From: an uncultured Selenomonadales bacterium
Lineage (GTDB): Bacteria; Bacillota; Negativicutes; Selenomonadales; Selenomonadaceae
Assembly (NCBI GenBank): GCA_947167825.1
Contig: CAMVJN010000001.1
Span: 1-48,152, forward strand
Length of the DNA: 48,152 nt
Direction: 5' to 3'
Positions 22,411-32,000 of this stretch are shown in pieces. Numbering within the stretch: the stretch's first letter is position 1; each line of letters starts with the position of its first letter. Under the pieces are notes generated by a model that was given only the letters and a program-made list of their open reading frames with translations, was not told the origin of the DNA and did no database searches. Made by a program: the position numbers and the translations under genes.

Positions 22411-22470
22411 ATTGTCTCACCCGAAGGGAATTATCTCATATCAAATACGATCTAAAGTCTCTGTAAAGAC

Positions 22471-22501
22471 AAGAAAAAAGGCGGCTCATTTCGAGCCGCC
22501 C
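22471..22501 (-). terminator. Rho-independent terminator separating the lysis-side genes from the accessory cluster.
   Basis: GGCGGCTC and GAGCCGCC form the stem, followed by TTTTTTCTT on the minus strand. Confidence 0.75.
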
Positions 22502-22731
22502 GTTAGTGCTTTCCCTATTATAATGTATGCTTCGTGCAATCGTGTTTTTACATAGTTCATACCGCAATGCAGATCAAGCGAGATTTTTACGACTGTCTCG
22601 GCTTTGAGTATATGCCGATTCAATATTTCTTCCTGCTCCGGCGTTAGCTTTGCCTCGTACACAATCGCATTGTACTCGCTCCGCGTCGCGCATTTCAAAT
22701 ACGCACGCGCCGCTTTGCAGTCTGGGTTCAT
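22486..22731 (-). CDS. Small HTH protein (sigma region-4/LuxR-like, tentative).
   Basis: It contains LTPEQEEILNRHILKAETVVKISLDLHCGMNYVKTRLHEAY. Confidence 0.5.
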   Translation of the reverse strand: MNPDCKAARAYLKCATRSEYNAIVYEAKLTPEQEEILNRHILKAETVVKISLDLHCGMNYVKTRLHEAYIIIGKALTGGSK

Positions 22732-22746
22732 AAAAATTCCCCCTCA

Positions 22747-23211
22747 TTATTTTGCTACCGCTACCCCTACGGCAACAAGGCACAAGACTTCCCATAGATT
22801 TCTTTGGTTCCGCAGCCGCCCCTCAATTTTGTCCCGCTCCTGCTCGGATTTCTTGAATGATTCCCGCGCACTCTGCAACTCTGCGTTGGCTGTCCTCAAC
22901 GATTCGTCTAGCCGCTTCGTTTCCGTTTGCAGCGCGGCCAACTGCACTTTCAGCGTTTCCAGTTCTTTCCTCGATTCGCTCAATGACAACGACGCTTCGT
23001 TCAAGTCCAGATTGGATTCGTTCAGCAGATTCAACAGCTCGTTGTTGTTCTGCTCCAGCGCGGTCAAGTGATTGCTCAACGTCTCTAGCTCTGTCTCGCT
23101 GATTTGATACATCCGGCTCTCGGAGCAGATACCAACAGACGGCCAGAATAAAAATAAAAACGCCGCAATAAGCGACGCACTTAAAAACTTTGTTTTCTTC
23201 CACATCTTCAC
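22747..23211 (-). CDS. Secreted or anchored coiled-coil protein with an N-terminal signal sequence and a C-terminal TM segment.
   Basis: The N-terminus is KFLSASLIAAFLFLFWPSVGICSES, followed by a long heptad-like region. The C-terminus is LWEVLCLVAVGVAVAK. Confidence 0.65.
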   Translation of the reverse strand: MKMWKKTKFLSASLIAAFLFLFWPSVGICSESRMYQISETELETLSNHLTALEQNNNELLNLLNESNLDLNEASLSLSESRKELETLKVQLAALQTETKRLDESLRTANAELQSARESFKKSEQERDKIEGRLRNQRNLWEVLCLVAVGVAVAK

Positions 23212-23217
23212 GCCTCC

Positions 23218-23418
23218 CTATATCGTAATTTCCTGCGACAAATCCCAAGGCGGCTTGCCGATATACAGCACGTTCGAATCGGCGGCAATATCCGTGTACG
23301 GGAAAATATCGGAGATTCTCTCCAAAACAGGCACAGAGATTTCTGCCGCTCCGTCGATTGCCGCCCTTACGAGCCGCATTTCGTTATCTGAAAGCGGGGC
23401 GTTTGACTTGACAATCAT
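23218..23418 (-). CDS. Hypothetical protein.
   Basis: This 66-aa ORF is adjacent to the endolysin stop. Confidence 0.55.
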   Translation of the reverse strand: MIVKSNAPLSDNEMRLVRAAIDGAAEISVPVLERISDIFPYTDIAADSNVLYIGKPPWDLSQEITI

Positions 23419-23419
23419 A

Positions 23420-23968
23420 TCAATACCCCGAAAGATAATCGGTTACGCCCCGCGCAATCGCTCGGGCGAACTCGTCCTGCTCGTCACGCAAAAGAACTGC
23501 GTCGTCGGGATGGTCGATAAAAGCCATCTCGACAAGGACGGCGGGCATATCGGTTCCGTTCAAAACGGCAAGGTCGGTGCGTGCTTTCAATCCCCGGTCA
23601 TAAGTGCCAAGGCTATCGACAATCTGATTCTGGATGCACCCGGCAAGTTTATGCCCTTCCATGTCGCTTGGATAGGTCAGCGTTTCCGTCCCGTTGGCGA
23701 CGCCGTTGAAAGCGTTACAGTGGATAGAGATAAACAAATCCGCGCCCCACTCGTTTGCCGTCTCGTAGATTTTCCGAAGGCTTTCATGCTGCAAAGATTT
23801 GACTTCGCACCCCGCTTCCGTCAGATACTTTTCGACAAGCCGACCGACAGCCGCGGCAATCTCGTTTTCATACAGCCCCATTTCCTCGTTGACCGCGCCC
23901 GGGTCATAGTCCGATGTGCCTTTCAGTTCCAGTTGATCATGTCCGGGATTTACGAATACTTTCGTCAT
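23420..23968 (-). CDS. N-acetylmuramoyl-L-alanine amidase (Amidase_3) endolysin.
   Basis: It has VFVNPGHD, ADLFISIHCNAF and MPAVLVEMAFIDHPDD. GGAGGTG lies upstream of the ATG at 23968. Confidence 0.9.
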   Translation of the reverse strand: MTKVFVNPGHDQLELKGTSDYDPGAVNEEMGLYENEIAAAVGRLVEKYLTEAGCEVKSLQHESLRKIYETANEWGADLFISIHCNAFNGVANGTETLTYPSDMEGHKLAGCIQNQIVDSLGTYDRGLKARTDLAVLNGTDMPAVLVEMAFIDHPDDAVLLRDEQDEFARAIARGVTDYLSGY

Positions 23969-23981
23969 GTTCACACCTCCG

Positions 23982-24308
23982 TCAAGGATTCTCGCCGCCC
24001 GGCGAATTGAATTTACTGTTGATATAGTGCTTCGCAAGGTCAACGCCCGCCAGCGTCAGCAAACCGGAAATTGCCGCTACACAGGCTCCAAGCCCTTGCC
24101 ATATAGAGCCGAGGTCGAATTTCAGCCCGTAGAAACCATTGGCGTAATACCCAACGCCCCACGAAAGCAGAACGAAAAGGATAAAGAATAAAATTAAAAC
24201 GCCGATGAGAATAATCAATTTCTCAAGATGGCGTTTGCTCCAATCGGCCATATTCAAGATTTCCTGCTTCAATTTGCTAATTATTCTCAATAAGACACCC
24301 CATTCCAT
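23982..24308 (-). CDS. Holin with two predicted TM segments.
   Basis: It has LIILIGVLILFFILFVLLSWGV and IWQGLGACVAAISGLLTLAGV, and it lies directly upstream of the endolysin. An alternative start exists at 24251. Confidence 0.65.
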   Translation of the reverse strand: MEWGVLLRIISKLKQEILNMADWSKRHLEKLIILIGVLILFFILFVLLSWGVGYYANGFYGLKFDLGSIWQGLGACVAAISGLLTLAGVDLAKHYINSKFNSPGGENP

Positions 24309-24407
24309 CCAAACGCATTATAAGCCGCATAGACGGACTTTTAATAGCCGCGCATAAGTTTATATACGCGGCTATCGTTTCGTCCGTCCTTGCCATGTTT
24401 CTCGCGG

Positions 24408-24674
24408 TCATTTTTCGGCGTACTCGAACCGAACCATTTTCATCAACTCGTCAAGCCGCGCGTGCGCCGATTTTGACCTCTGGTCGATTTCGGCAACTTT
24501 CAGATCGAGCAAGTGATGCGCGTCCTCGATTTTTTGCAACTGGTTGTCCATCCTCCGTAGCGTATCGTCAAGCCGAAGAATAGCTTCGTTCAACGGTTTC
24601 AAAACCGCGAAATGAAACGCCGTCGCGCAAAGCCCCGCCACTGATACAACCTGCCCCATCATTTCCCAGTTCAT
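24408..24674 (-). CDS. Membrane-anchored coiled-coil protein of the lysis module.
   Basis: It has an N-terminal hydrophobic segment followed by a coiled coil. Confidence 0.5.
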   Translation of the reverse strand: MNWEMMGQVVSVAGLCATAFHFAVLKPLNEAILRLDDTLRRMDNQLQKIEDAHHLLDLKVAEIDQRSKSAHARLDELMKMVRFEYAEK

Positions 24675-24677
24675 GCG

Positions 24678-24839
24678 TCATTCCCCCACGCCGACGATTT
24701 CCTCATACTTCTGCTGCGTGATTTTCCCTTTCGCAACGTATTCCAACAGGATATCGTTGACCGCCGGCTTTCTCGAGGCCGGAACCTCGTCCCATGTTTT
24801 CGTACCCGCAACCAGCCTGTCTGCCCAGATTTTATTCAT
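24678..24839 (-). CDS. XkdX/CD1375-like small protein of 53 aa.
   Basis: It is too short for the ORF track. MNKIWADRLVAGTKTWDEVPASRKPAVNDILLEYVAKGKITQQKYEEIVG resembles small proteins that follow fibre genes in Firmicute phages. Confidence 0.45.
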   Translation of the reverse strand: MNKIWADRLVAGTKTWDEVPASRKPAVNDILLEYVAKGKITQQKYEEIVGVGE

Positions 24840-24853
24840 ATCAGTTTCCTCCC

Positions 24854-25210
24854 TCAACCTTCCAAAATCTCATCCAATTCGCACAGCGCATCCTTCACTT
24901 CTTCCAGTCCTGCATCCAGTTCACAGAGCGCGTCCCCGGTCGTGGCCTCGACCTCGTTCATCCCGGCGACAATCATTTCGCCGCCGTCTACCTCGACCGC
25001 GTAGGCTTCGGGCATTGCCACGCCGTCCACCTGAATTTCCGTGTGTCCCGGCAGATTGTAGGGCTTGCCGTTGACGGCTATCCCCTGCTTGGGGTAGGGA
25101 AACTTCACAGCGACAAAAGCGCCGCTCTCCGGCTTATAGCGGATGTAGTTCACCTTGTCGCACAAGGCGATTACCTCTCCGCCGCTCACTATCTTGTACA
25201 TGAACATCAT
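24854..25210 (-). CDS. Hypothetical fibre-associated protein.
   Basis: It is 118 aa long and lies downstream of the fibre genes. Confidence 0.55.
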   Translation of the reverse strand: MMFMYKIVSGGEVIALCDKVNYIRYKPESGAFVAVKFPYPKQGIAVNGKPYNLPGHTEIQVDGVAMPEAYAVEVDGGEMIVAGMNEVEATTGDALCELDAGLEEVKDALCELDEILEG

Positions 25211-25260
25211 ACTCCTTTCTGCGCGTTGTTATTGCTGCAATAAGAATTAAGACTTTCGGC

Positions 25261-25668
25261 TTAATTTTTCGCCTCCTTCGCGCCGACCAATCCAGCAATA
25301 TGATTAAGGTCATCGAGCGGCGCATTATAAAACGCATCGTCCCAAAGCCAATAATCCTGATGGTCTTTCCTGCGGTATTTTTCTGCCGTCTCGTCGCTCC
25401 ATACCGCTTCCCACTTCGGCGTGGTCTCACGGTGATACCCGCCGAGCTTTTTGATAATGGCGTGGGACAGCTTGCCCCGCGCCGCGCCGTTCCCGTCGTC
25501 GTCACGCGCAAAGTGTTCGTGGCTGGCGTAGCTTCGGGCGACGCATACGGGCTTTCCGTCGTGGTACAGGATGCCGTCGTCACGTTTTTCAAGCGGCGTA
25601 CCCCACGGGATATTGAATTCTCCGCCGATGCCTTTGCGGCGGTAGCGTTTTATGGTTGTGTATGTCAT
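25261..25668 (-). CDS. Hypothetical protein.
   Basis: It is 135 aa long and lies immediately downstream of the tail fibre. Confidence 0.6.
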   Translation of the reverse strand: MTYTTIKRYRRKGIGGEFNIPWGTPLEKRDDGILYHDGKPVCVARSYASHEHFARDDDGNGAARGKLSHAIIKKLGGYHRETTPKWEAVWSDETAEKYRRKDHQDYWLWDDAFYNAPLDDLNHIAGLVGAKEAKN

Positions 25669-25677
25669 GGTTGCCTC

Positions 25678-28600
25678 CTATACCTTGAAAGCGGGGGCAA
25701 GGGCATACGAAAGATCAGCATTGTTGTCGCTGACTGTGCCGTTGGTATAGACATAACAGAAGCGAGACGAGTAGTAAAAAGAAGGCGAACACTCCCACCA
25801 AGACGCAGCGGTAGAATTATCTGAATGTTTGTACTTTATTTTTGCATTGCCATTTTTATAGTACGCCATCTGCGATTGGTGGTTTTGCTCGTACTGGTTA
25901 GCGGCTGTTCTCGTGCCGAAAATCTCAAACTCGGCAAGGAGCGATATCGCATCAACAACCGCCGTTACATTTGCGTCTACGTTGGACGAATCGCCTTTGT
26001 TATCCACATAATGCGTCCGCAGGCGAATAACGCTTCGCAAATCGTTTGGAAGCGCCGCTAATAATGTGTCCTCCACTGGGTTTGTCAACGTCGCCTCTGT
26101 TGCATCGTAGCCGACATTTGATTTAGTCTTGACAGCACCATAGCCGCTTGGCTGCGTAGATGTCGCACCGAGAATGTCGTAACGCAAGTCACAGCCTTTC
26201 CATCCGCCATAGTTCGAGCCGTAGGTCGGTGAGCTCATCCAGTGGTTCATGTTGAACATTTTAGTGCCTTGCGAAGCTGAGCTTGTGTTATATTTACTAT
26301 CGCATAATGCAACATCCTTGCCGCTAGTCAAGGCTGACTTGAATCCGCCAAAGATAATATTATTATCAGCTACGTTGTTATCCTTGTGGTTAAAGCCCAA
26401 GATAAACACACAAATAGATTGATTAGAAAGCGTTAGTTTGTCACCGATTTTGCCGTTTAGCGTGATTTCCTTGCAGTCGCCAATATCCCAATAGTTCTCA
26501 CCCGTCCCAGCTTGCGCCACTTGCGAAATAGTCGCCCAACTATTTTCATCCAGCACGTTCGAGATAAGCTGCACCGCCACCGCGCACGTCGCATCCGTCG
26601 GAGCCAACCAATTCGTTCCTGCCGCCACGCTGACCGTGACCGTCACGTTGCCCGTGGCCACCGCCGTGACCGTAATGGTATTGCCGGACAAACTGACCGT
26701 CGCGATAGAAGTATCGGACGATACCGCCGATATTGCGCCGTCGCCCGTGCGCGTGACCGTGATTGTATCGGAGAGAGTGGACGTGTCCAAAGAGATGGTC
26801 GTCGGGCTGATGGAGAGGCTGCCTGCCGCTTTCGCAATGCTCCAAGTAGCAGTTTTCGCCAGTGTCGTCCCGTCCATCCATGTTACATTCTGATTGATAA
26901 GGGAGAATGTAATCGTGTAAGTCCCCGCGTTCGTCGCGGACAAATCCCCCGTTGCAGATATGATCGTGCTGTCGTAGGTGGAGATTGTCGGAGATTGCGC
27001 CGTTCCGTCGTAGGTAAACGACGAAGTAGTAAGCGAAGGAACCGCCACCGTCGCGGGAATGATACTCCAATTCGTCGCCTTCGGAGCCGTCGTCGTATCG
27101 CTCCAAACGTAATTGGTGATACTGGTAAGGCTCAAAATGACTGTGTACGTTCCCACGTTCGTCGCCGTTGCGTTGCCGGAAAGCGTTACCTCGTCTGTGT
27201 CGTAGGAGCTGATTGTCGGCCCCTGTGCCGTCCCGTCGTAAGTGTAGGTCGTTCCCGTGACTGTCGGGACAGTGACGACCTTCGGCGCGATACTCCAAGC
27301 TGCCGTCTTGTCTGCCGTCGTCGTGTCCGTCCACGTCAGCGACGCGGATTTCAAATGGAATACGACGTTGTAGCTTCCCGCGTCCGTCTGCGTGTCGCCG
27401 GTGACTTCGATAAGCAGCGGGTCGTAAGCGGAGATTGTCGGAGACTGTGCGGAGCCGTTGTAGGTCTTGCTTGTGTTCGTAACCGTCGGGACAGCCACCG
27501 TCGCAGACGAGATTTCCCACGTCACGCTCTTGGCTGTAATGGTCGTGTCACTCCATTGGTAATTGGCCGTCGGCGTGAATGTCGCCGTGTACGTCCCCGC
27601 CTCTGTCGCCGAGGTCATGCCGCCGATGGTCAGCTCCGTCGGGTTGTAATCATCCCACGTCGGAGACTGCACAGTACCGTCAAAAACAAGCGCGGAAGCC
27701 TGCGAGGGAATGTCCTCGATAGCCGCCCGCCCGATAGTCCATGTCTGCGTCCGTGTTTCCGTTGTGCCGGTGTCCCACCAATAATATGTCGGTTTCGGCG
27801 TCATGGTCACGGTATAGGTTCCGGCGTTCGTCGCCGCCAGCGTGCCGCTGACCGTCAGCTTTTGCGCCTCGAAGAATATATCCCACGTCGGCTCCTGCTC
27901 CGTGCCGTCGTAGGTCAGCGTCCCTTCCTGCGTTGGGAAGCCGACCGCCGCCTCCGCCACCTTGTCCATCGTGATTTTCGCGTAGTATTTCGCTTCGGTA
28001 TTTGCCGCCGCCGCTTCCGTTGCCGACGTAGCCGCCGCCCCTGCGGAGTTTGCCGCCGCCGTAGCAGAGGCCGCCGCAGCAGCAGCACTATCCGCCGCAT
28101 CGTCCGCCGCGTCCGTGGCAAGCTCCGCTTTCGTCGTGGCCGTAGCCGCGCTTGCCTGTGCGGACGTTGCCGCCGCCTGTGCCGCCGTTGCGTTGGTTCC
28201 CGTGTTCGTCGCCGCCGTAAGAATCTGCGGATAGAGATTCGATACCACGCTTTCTGCCGCCGTAGCCGCGCTTGCGTCCGTGGCCGCGCTTGCCGCGCTC
28301 GACGCCGCCGACGTTGCGCTTGCGTCTGCCGCAGCTTCAGATACCGCCGCATTCGTTTCCGAGGCCGCCGCGTTCGTCGCGCTCGTTGCCGCCGCCGTCT
28401 GACTGGCAAGGGAAGCAGCCGCCGAAGCCGCTGCGTTGGTTTCAGACGCCGCCGCGTTCGTTTCCGATACCGCCGCCGCAGCCGCAGAGGCCGCCGCGTT
28501 GGTTTCCGAGAGAGCGGCCGCCGCTTCACTTCCTGCCGCGTTGGAAGCCGATTGTGCCGCCTCGTCCTTGTATTCGCGGACGTGATTAATGTCATAGATC

Positions 28601-29007
28601 ACGGACGCGGAAGGTAAATCGTCGGTCACGTCCACCTTGACAGCGCGGGCAACTTGCTCCGCAAGCTGCTGTATCATCATTACCTCTCTGTCCATTTCGT
28701 CCTCTACGTCGTTGGCAAAGAACGGGCCGAGGTTTTCAAGGTTTAGATTCTGCTCGTTCGGCAATTCGCGCAGTATGGTTATTTTCCTGTCCTCCGGCAA
28801 CGGTTCGCCGGTTCGAGGATAGGTCACGGTTTTTGCCGTCGTGTTGATCGTGTAGTTTGTCGTAAGCTCCGACACGTTCTCTTCGTTGGTTACATACACG
28901 CCGACGTACTCGCCATCGTCCTCGTTGAGGGCAAAGGTGAACGGAAATACTGTCGTACTCCCGTTGCCCTGATAGACGTTCTTGACGGTCTGATTTTGCA
29001 CACTCAT
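25678..29007 (-). CDS. Tail fibre / receptor-binding protein of 1109 aa.
   Basis: It has a fibre-type N-terminus (VYQGNGSTTVFPFTF) and an Ala-rich repeat region (SETNAAAS). These are followed by five roughly 80-aa Y(D/N)G(T/S)xQxPT repeats, an Ig-like segment and a distinct C-terminal domain. Confidence 0.85.
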   Translation of the reverse strand: MSVQNQTVKNVYQGNGSTTVFPFTFALNEDDGEYVGVYVTNEENVSELTTNYTINTTAKTVTYPRTGEPLPEDRKITILRELPNEQNLNLENLGPFFANDVEDEMDREVMMIQQLAEQVARAVKVDVTDDLPSASVIYDINHVREYKDEAAQSASNAAGSEAAAALSETNAAASAAAAAVSETNAAASETNAAASAAASLASQTAAATSATNAAASETNAAVSEAAADASATSAASSAASAATDASAATAAESVVSNLYPQILTAATNTGTNATAAQAAATSAQASAATATTKAELATDAADDAADSAAAAAASATAAANSAGAAATSATEAAAANTEAKYYAKITMDKVAEAAVGFPTQEGTLTYDGTEQEPTWDIFFEAQKLTVSGTLAATNAGTYTVTMTPKPTYYWWDTGTTETRTQTWTIGRAAIEDIPSQASALVFDGTVQSPTWDDYNPTELTIGGMTSATEAGTYTATFTPTANYQWSDTTITAKSVTWEISSATVAVPTVTNTSKTYNGSAQSPTISAYDPLLIEVTGDTQTDAGSYNVVFHLKSASLTWTDTTTADKTAAWSIAPKVVTVPTVTGTTYTYDGTAQGPTISSYDTDEVTLSGNATATNVGTYTVILSLTSITNYVWSDTTTAPKATNWSIIPATVAVPSLTTSSFTYDGTAQSPTISTYDSTIISATGDLSATNAGTYTITFSLINQNVTWMDGTTLAKTATWSIAKAAGSLSISPTTISLDTSTLSDTITVTRTGDGAISAVSSDTSIATVSLSGNTITVTAVATGNVTVTVSVAAGTNWLAPTDATCAVAVQLISNVLDENSWATISQVAQAGTGENYWDIGDCKEITLNGKIGDKLTLSNQSICVFILGFNHKDNNVADNNIIFGGFKSALTSGKDVALCDSKYNTSSASQGTKMFNMNHWMSSPTYGSNYGGWKGCDLRYDILGATSTQPSGYGAVKTKSNVGYDATEATLTNPVEDTLLAALPNDLRSVIRLRTHYVDNKGDSSNVDANVTAVVDAISLLAEFEIFGTRTAANQYEQNHQSQMAYYKNGNAKIKYKHSDNSTAASWWECSPSFYYSSRFCYVYTNGTVSDNNADLSYALAPAFKV

Positions 29008-29026
29008 TTTGCCTCATCCTTTCGCT

Positions 29027-32000
29027 TTATTTTCTTTCCTTCTTGGGCCTGCGCCGGAACAGGTCTCCCAGTTCCGGGGTCATGCCGTTAAATGCAATAT
29101 CGAACAGATTCCAAAATACTTTCGTGATCTGCATAGGAGCGCCGGACGTGAGGCTTGCGAAATTGGTCACAACTTCAACCTTTTCCGCCGTTGATTTTTT
29201 GTCGCTCTTGACCGCACGAACTGCGGAAATGCCTTTGTTGACCGTGGATTCAATAGCAGACATACGATAATCAAATTCGTGCATTCCTGCGGCAGCTCCG
29301 ACAATTCCGCTTGCAGCCTGTCCGAAGGGGCCAAACATTGAAAACGTCTGGCTTTTTAATTCTTTGATAAGGTTCGGCCATCCGTCCTCATCATCCACAC
29401 CGAAAGGATTCTCCAACGCAAAAGCAAGCGAAAGCATTGCTTGCATAATGAATTTACCCATCACATACGAGGCGACGGTTGAGAACGCTTCGGCTTTCTG
29501 CCCGTCTGTCCATTGGTTCGCAGCGTATCGTTCCATGCGTAAAAACTCATTGAGCCGCGCATTGAAGAAACTTTGGAACATGGTAATAGGCTTATATGCC
29601 TTGCTTCGCTGCATAGAAGAAACTTCCGTGTTTCTGGAAGAACCTTTGACGCGCCGGACAACTGTATCGGCAAAGTCAATCGCTTCCTGCTCCGTCGCTC
29701 CTTCGTTTAGCTTCTTGTTATACGCTTGAATCCAGTTCGGTATCGCCGTCGCGTTGTCTGTGTAAGCAAACATTTTCGTCGTGGTTTCCCGAACGACTTT
29801 TTCCCATTTGCGCTCTTTGTTTTCGCTGATAATATCGCGAATTGTCACATCTGGGATAAGGCTTCGCTCCTTCATGTACGCAGACTTTGAGAAAACGAAA
29901 TCCTGCATTTCTTTTTGTTTGCTTGGATTGAACCATTTCATCATATACCGCCCAAGGGCGCTGATATTGTCAGCCATCGTGTACCCATCGACGGCGTTTC
30001 CATACAGGAAAGCGTCTGCACCGTTTTGGGTCGTTACTTTCAAACTGCACATAATCAGCGAATTTGCCGTCTTTGAAGTCAGCCAGCCTGTAGCATTTAC
30101 CATAGATTGCTCGAACGCTGATAGAGCTTTGCTGTTTTGCCCGTCTGCCGAGACTTCAAGCAGTTCCTTGAAAAGATTCATGCGGGAAATGCCGACCTTG
30201 CTTTTCAGCATGGCGTAAACGTCCTGATCGTTCAGCACGCGCCGAAAATCGCTCATAGCCTCGCGCCAGCACAAATCATGGATTGATTCGTAAATCGAGC
30301 TTCTTTCTGTACCAAGGCGAAGGTCTACGGCGTATCTTGCGTTTGTCCTTGCCTTTGACGCGCTTGTGTTGGTGTGGTAGGTGCGGATTCGCCGCCCTTG
30401 CAGTTCTTCATCCGGTTGCACTTCCGCCGAGGCAGGATGTGATCCTGTTTCCCCGTACCGCATCAACGGGAAATAACCGCCCTGCAATACGACTTGTTCA
30501 CCGCCGATATTCAATACAACGGGTGTTGCTTCAACCTTCTTTGGTGCAAAGCCTTTCGTGCGCCTGTCAAGCTCTACCCGTTCTGCCCAATTCATCCCCG
30601 CCGCGTTGATTTTCCGCTGTGCGTACTCAACATCTTCCTTTGTCAGCAATTTGCCGAGGAAGTTCATTAAGTTTTGCCGCGTCTGCTCCCGCGCTTCTTC
30701 ACGCATGGCTTTTAATTCTTTTTGGTTTACGGCAAGGGATTCGTCGGGCATTACCCAAAGCGTGCTGTTCTCAAAGCCGACAGGGACAGTCTCGCAAATG
30801 CGCTGTGAGTTTTCCTTGTTGCCGAGGTTTATCAGCATACGGACAAGGGTATGCTTTGTAACCGATTCCCCTAGTTCCTCATAATAGATTTTTTCGTTCG
30901 CCGCATTCTCCGCCGCCTTGTCTGGTAACCACTTTTTGAGCGCGTCCGTTTCCGCCTTGTCGTAGGCTTCCCGCATATCGTATTCGCGATCTTGGCAACG
31001 CTTCATAAGGTTGTTCCAATGCTGCGAAAACCACCCGTAACGCCCGCCGTCCAGCATTTCGCAGAAAGTGTCCATCGTTTCAAGACCGGCAAGCCATTCT
31101 TCTATCTTGCTCGGCTTTGATACCTTGTTCGGGTCGGGCTTCCAAAGCGTTTTCAGCTTGGAGAGGCGTTCAATGATACCCGCTTTTGTTTCCTTCCACG
31201 CCTCTTTGGAGGCGAACATATCCGCTCCCTTTTGCGCCTTGACAATAGCCTTGATATTCTTGACCGCGTTGACAACATCTTCGTACTGCTCCAACGTCAG
31301 CGCGTTCGTGTCGCTGATCGGAGTAGAGCCTTCCAAAATCCACGGCGCGATGTCCACGCAGTCAAACTGCCCTTCCATAGCCGCCGCGTACTCTTGGAGC
31401 GTCTTGAACTCCGAGGCCGCCGCCGCTTCCTTGTGCTTGGCATTGGCAATCCCCATGCGGTCGAAAAGCAGACTGATTGCCCCGAAGTGGGTATCATTCA
31501 GCCACGATTCCCGCTTCAGGCTGACTTGCTTTTTGAGGAATTTTTCGTACTGCTTTTGACGCCGTGCAATCTTCATGCTTTCCGCCGCCATAGCGTGCCA
31601 GTAGGCTTGCAGGTTCTTCTGCGTCAACGCCTCGTCGAATTTCTTTTGCGCCAAGAGTTTTGCAGACTTCATAGCGGCATTGCGTTCCGCCGTTATGAAT
31701 TTATTTGTGCGCGTCGCTTCCTTGACGTTCATTTTGGTAAGGTCAGCCCGTGCCGCGTTCTTTGCCTGCTGCTTCCGCGCCGCCGCAACCTCAGCATTGA
31801 CATTCCGCTGCTCCGCACGTTCCTCGGCTTTTCGCTCGTTGGCCTCCTGCCGTTCTTTTGCCTTCGCAGCGTATTCCTCGATAAGCTGCTGCTCGATGCC
31901 GATCAAAAGTGCTTCATCCTCATTGTAAAGGGATTCGCGAATCATAGCCTCGTAATTGTTTCGCTCGTCCTGCATCGTCAATTCCTGGACGCGCTCGTTG

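Noticed and set aside
23270-23282. A GTTCGAATC string resembling a tRNA T-loop.
   Set aside because: It lies inside the CDS 23218..23418, and no flanking acceptor, D or anticodon stems can be drawn. No tRNA was found at the att junction either.
26512-28617. 701-aa plus-strand ORF extremely rich in Arg, and the 226-aa Arg-rich minus-strand ORF at 27915..28595.
   Set aside because: Both are alternative-frame readings of the Ala-rich (GCC/GCG-repeat) region of the tail fibre gene. They have no start context and an implausible composition.
25678-29007. A diversity-generating retroelement, considered because the head module resembles BPP-1-type phages.
   Set aside because: There is no reverse transcriptase ORF anywhere in the window and no template/variable repeat pair near the fibre 3' end. 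The fibre C-terminus does not look like an Mtd or C-type-lectin variable region.
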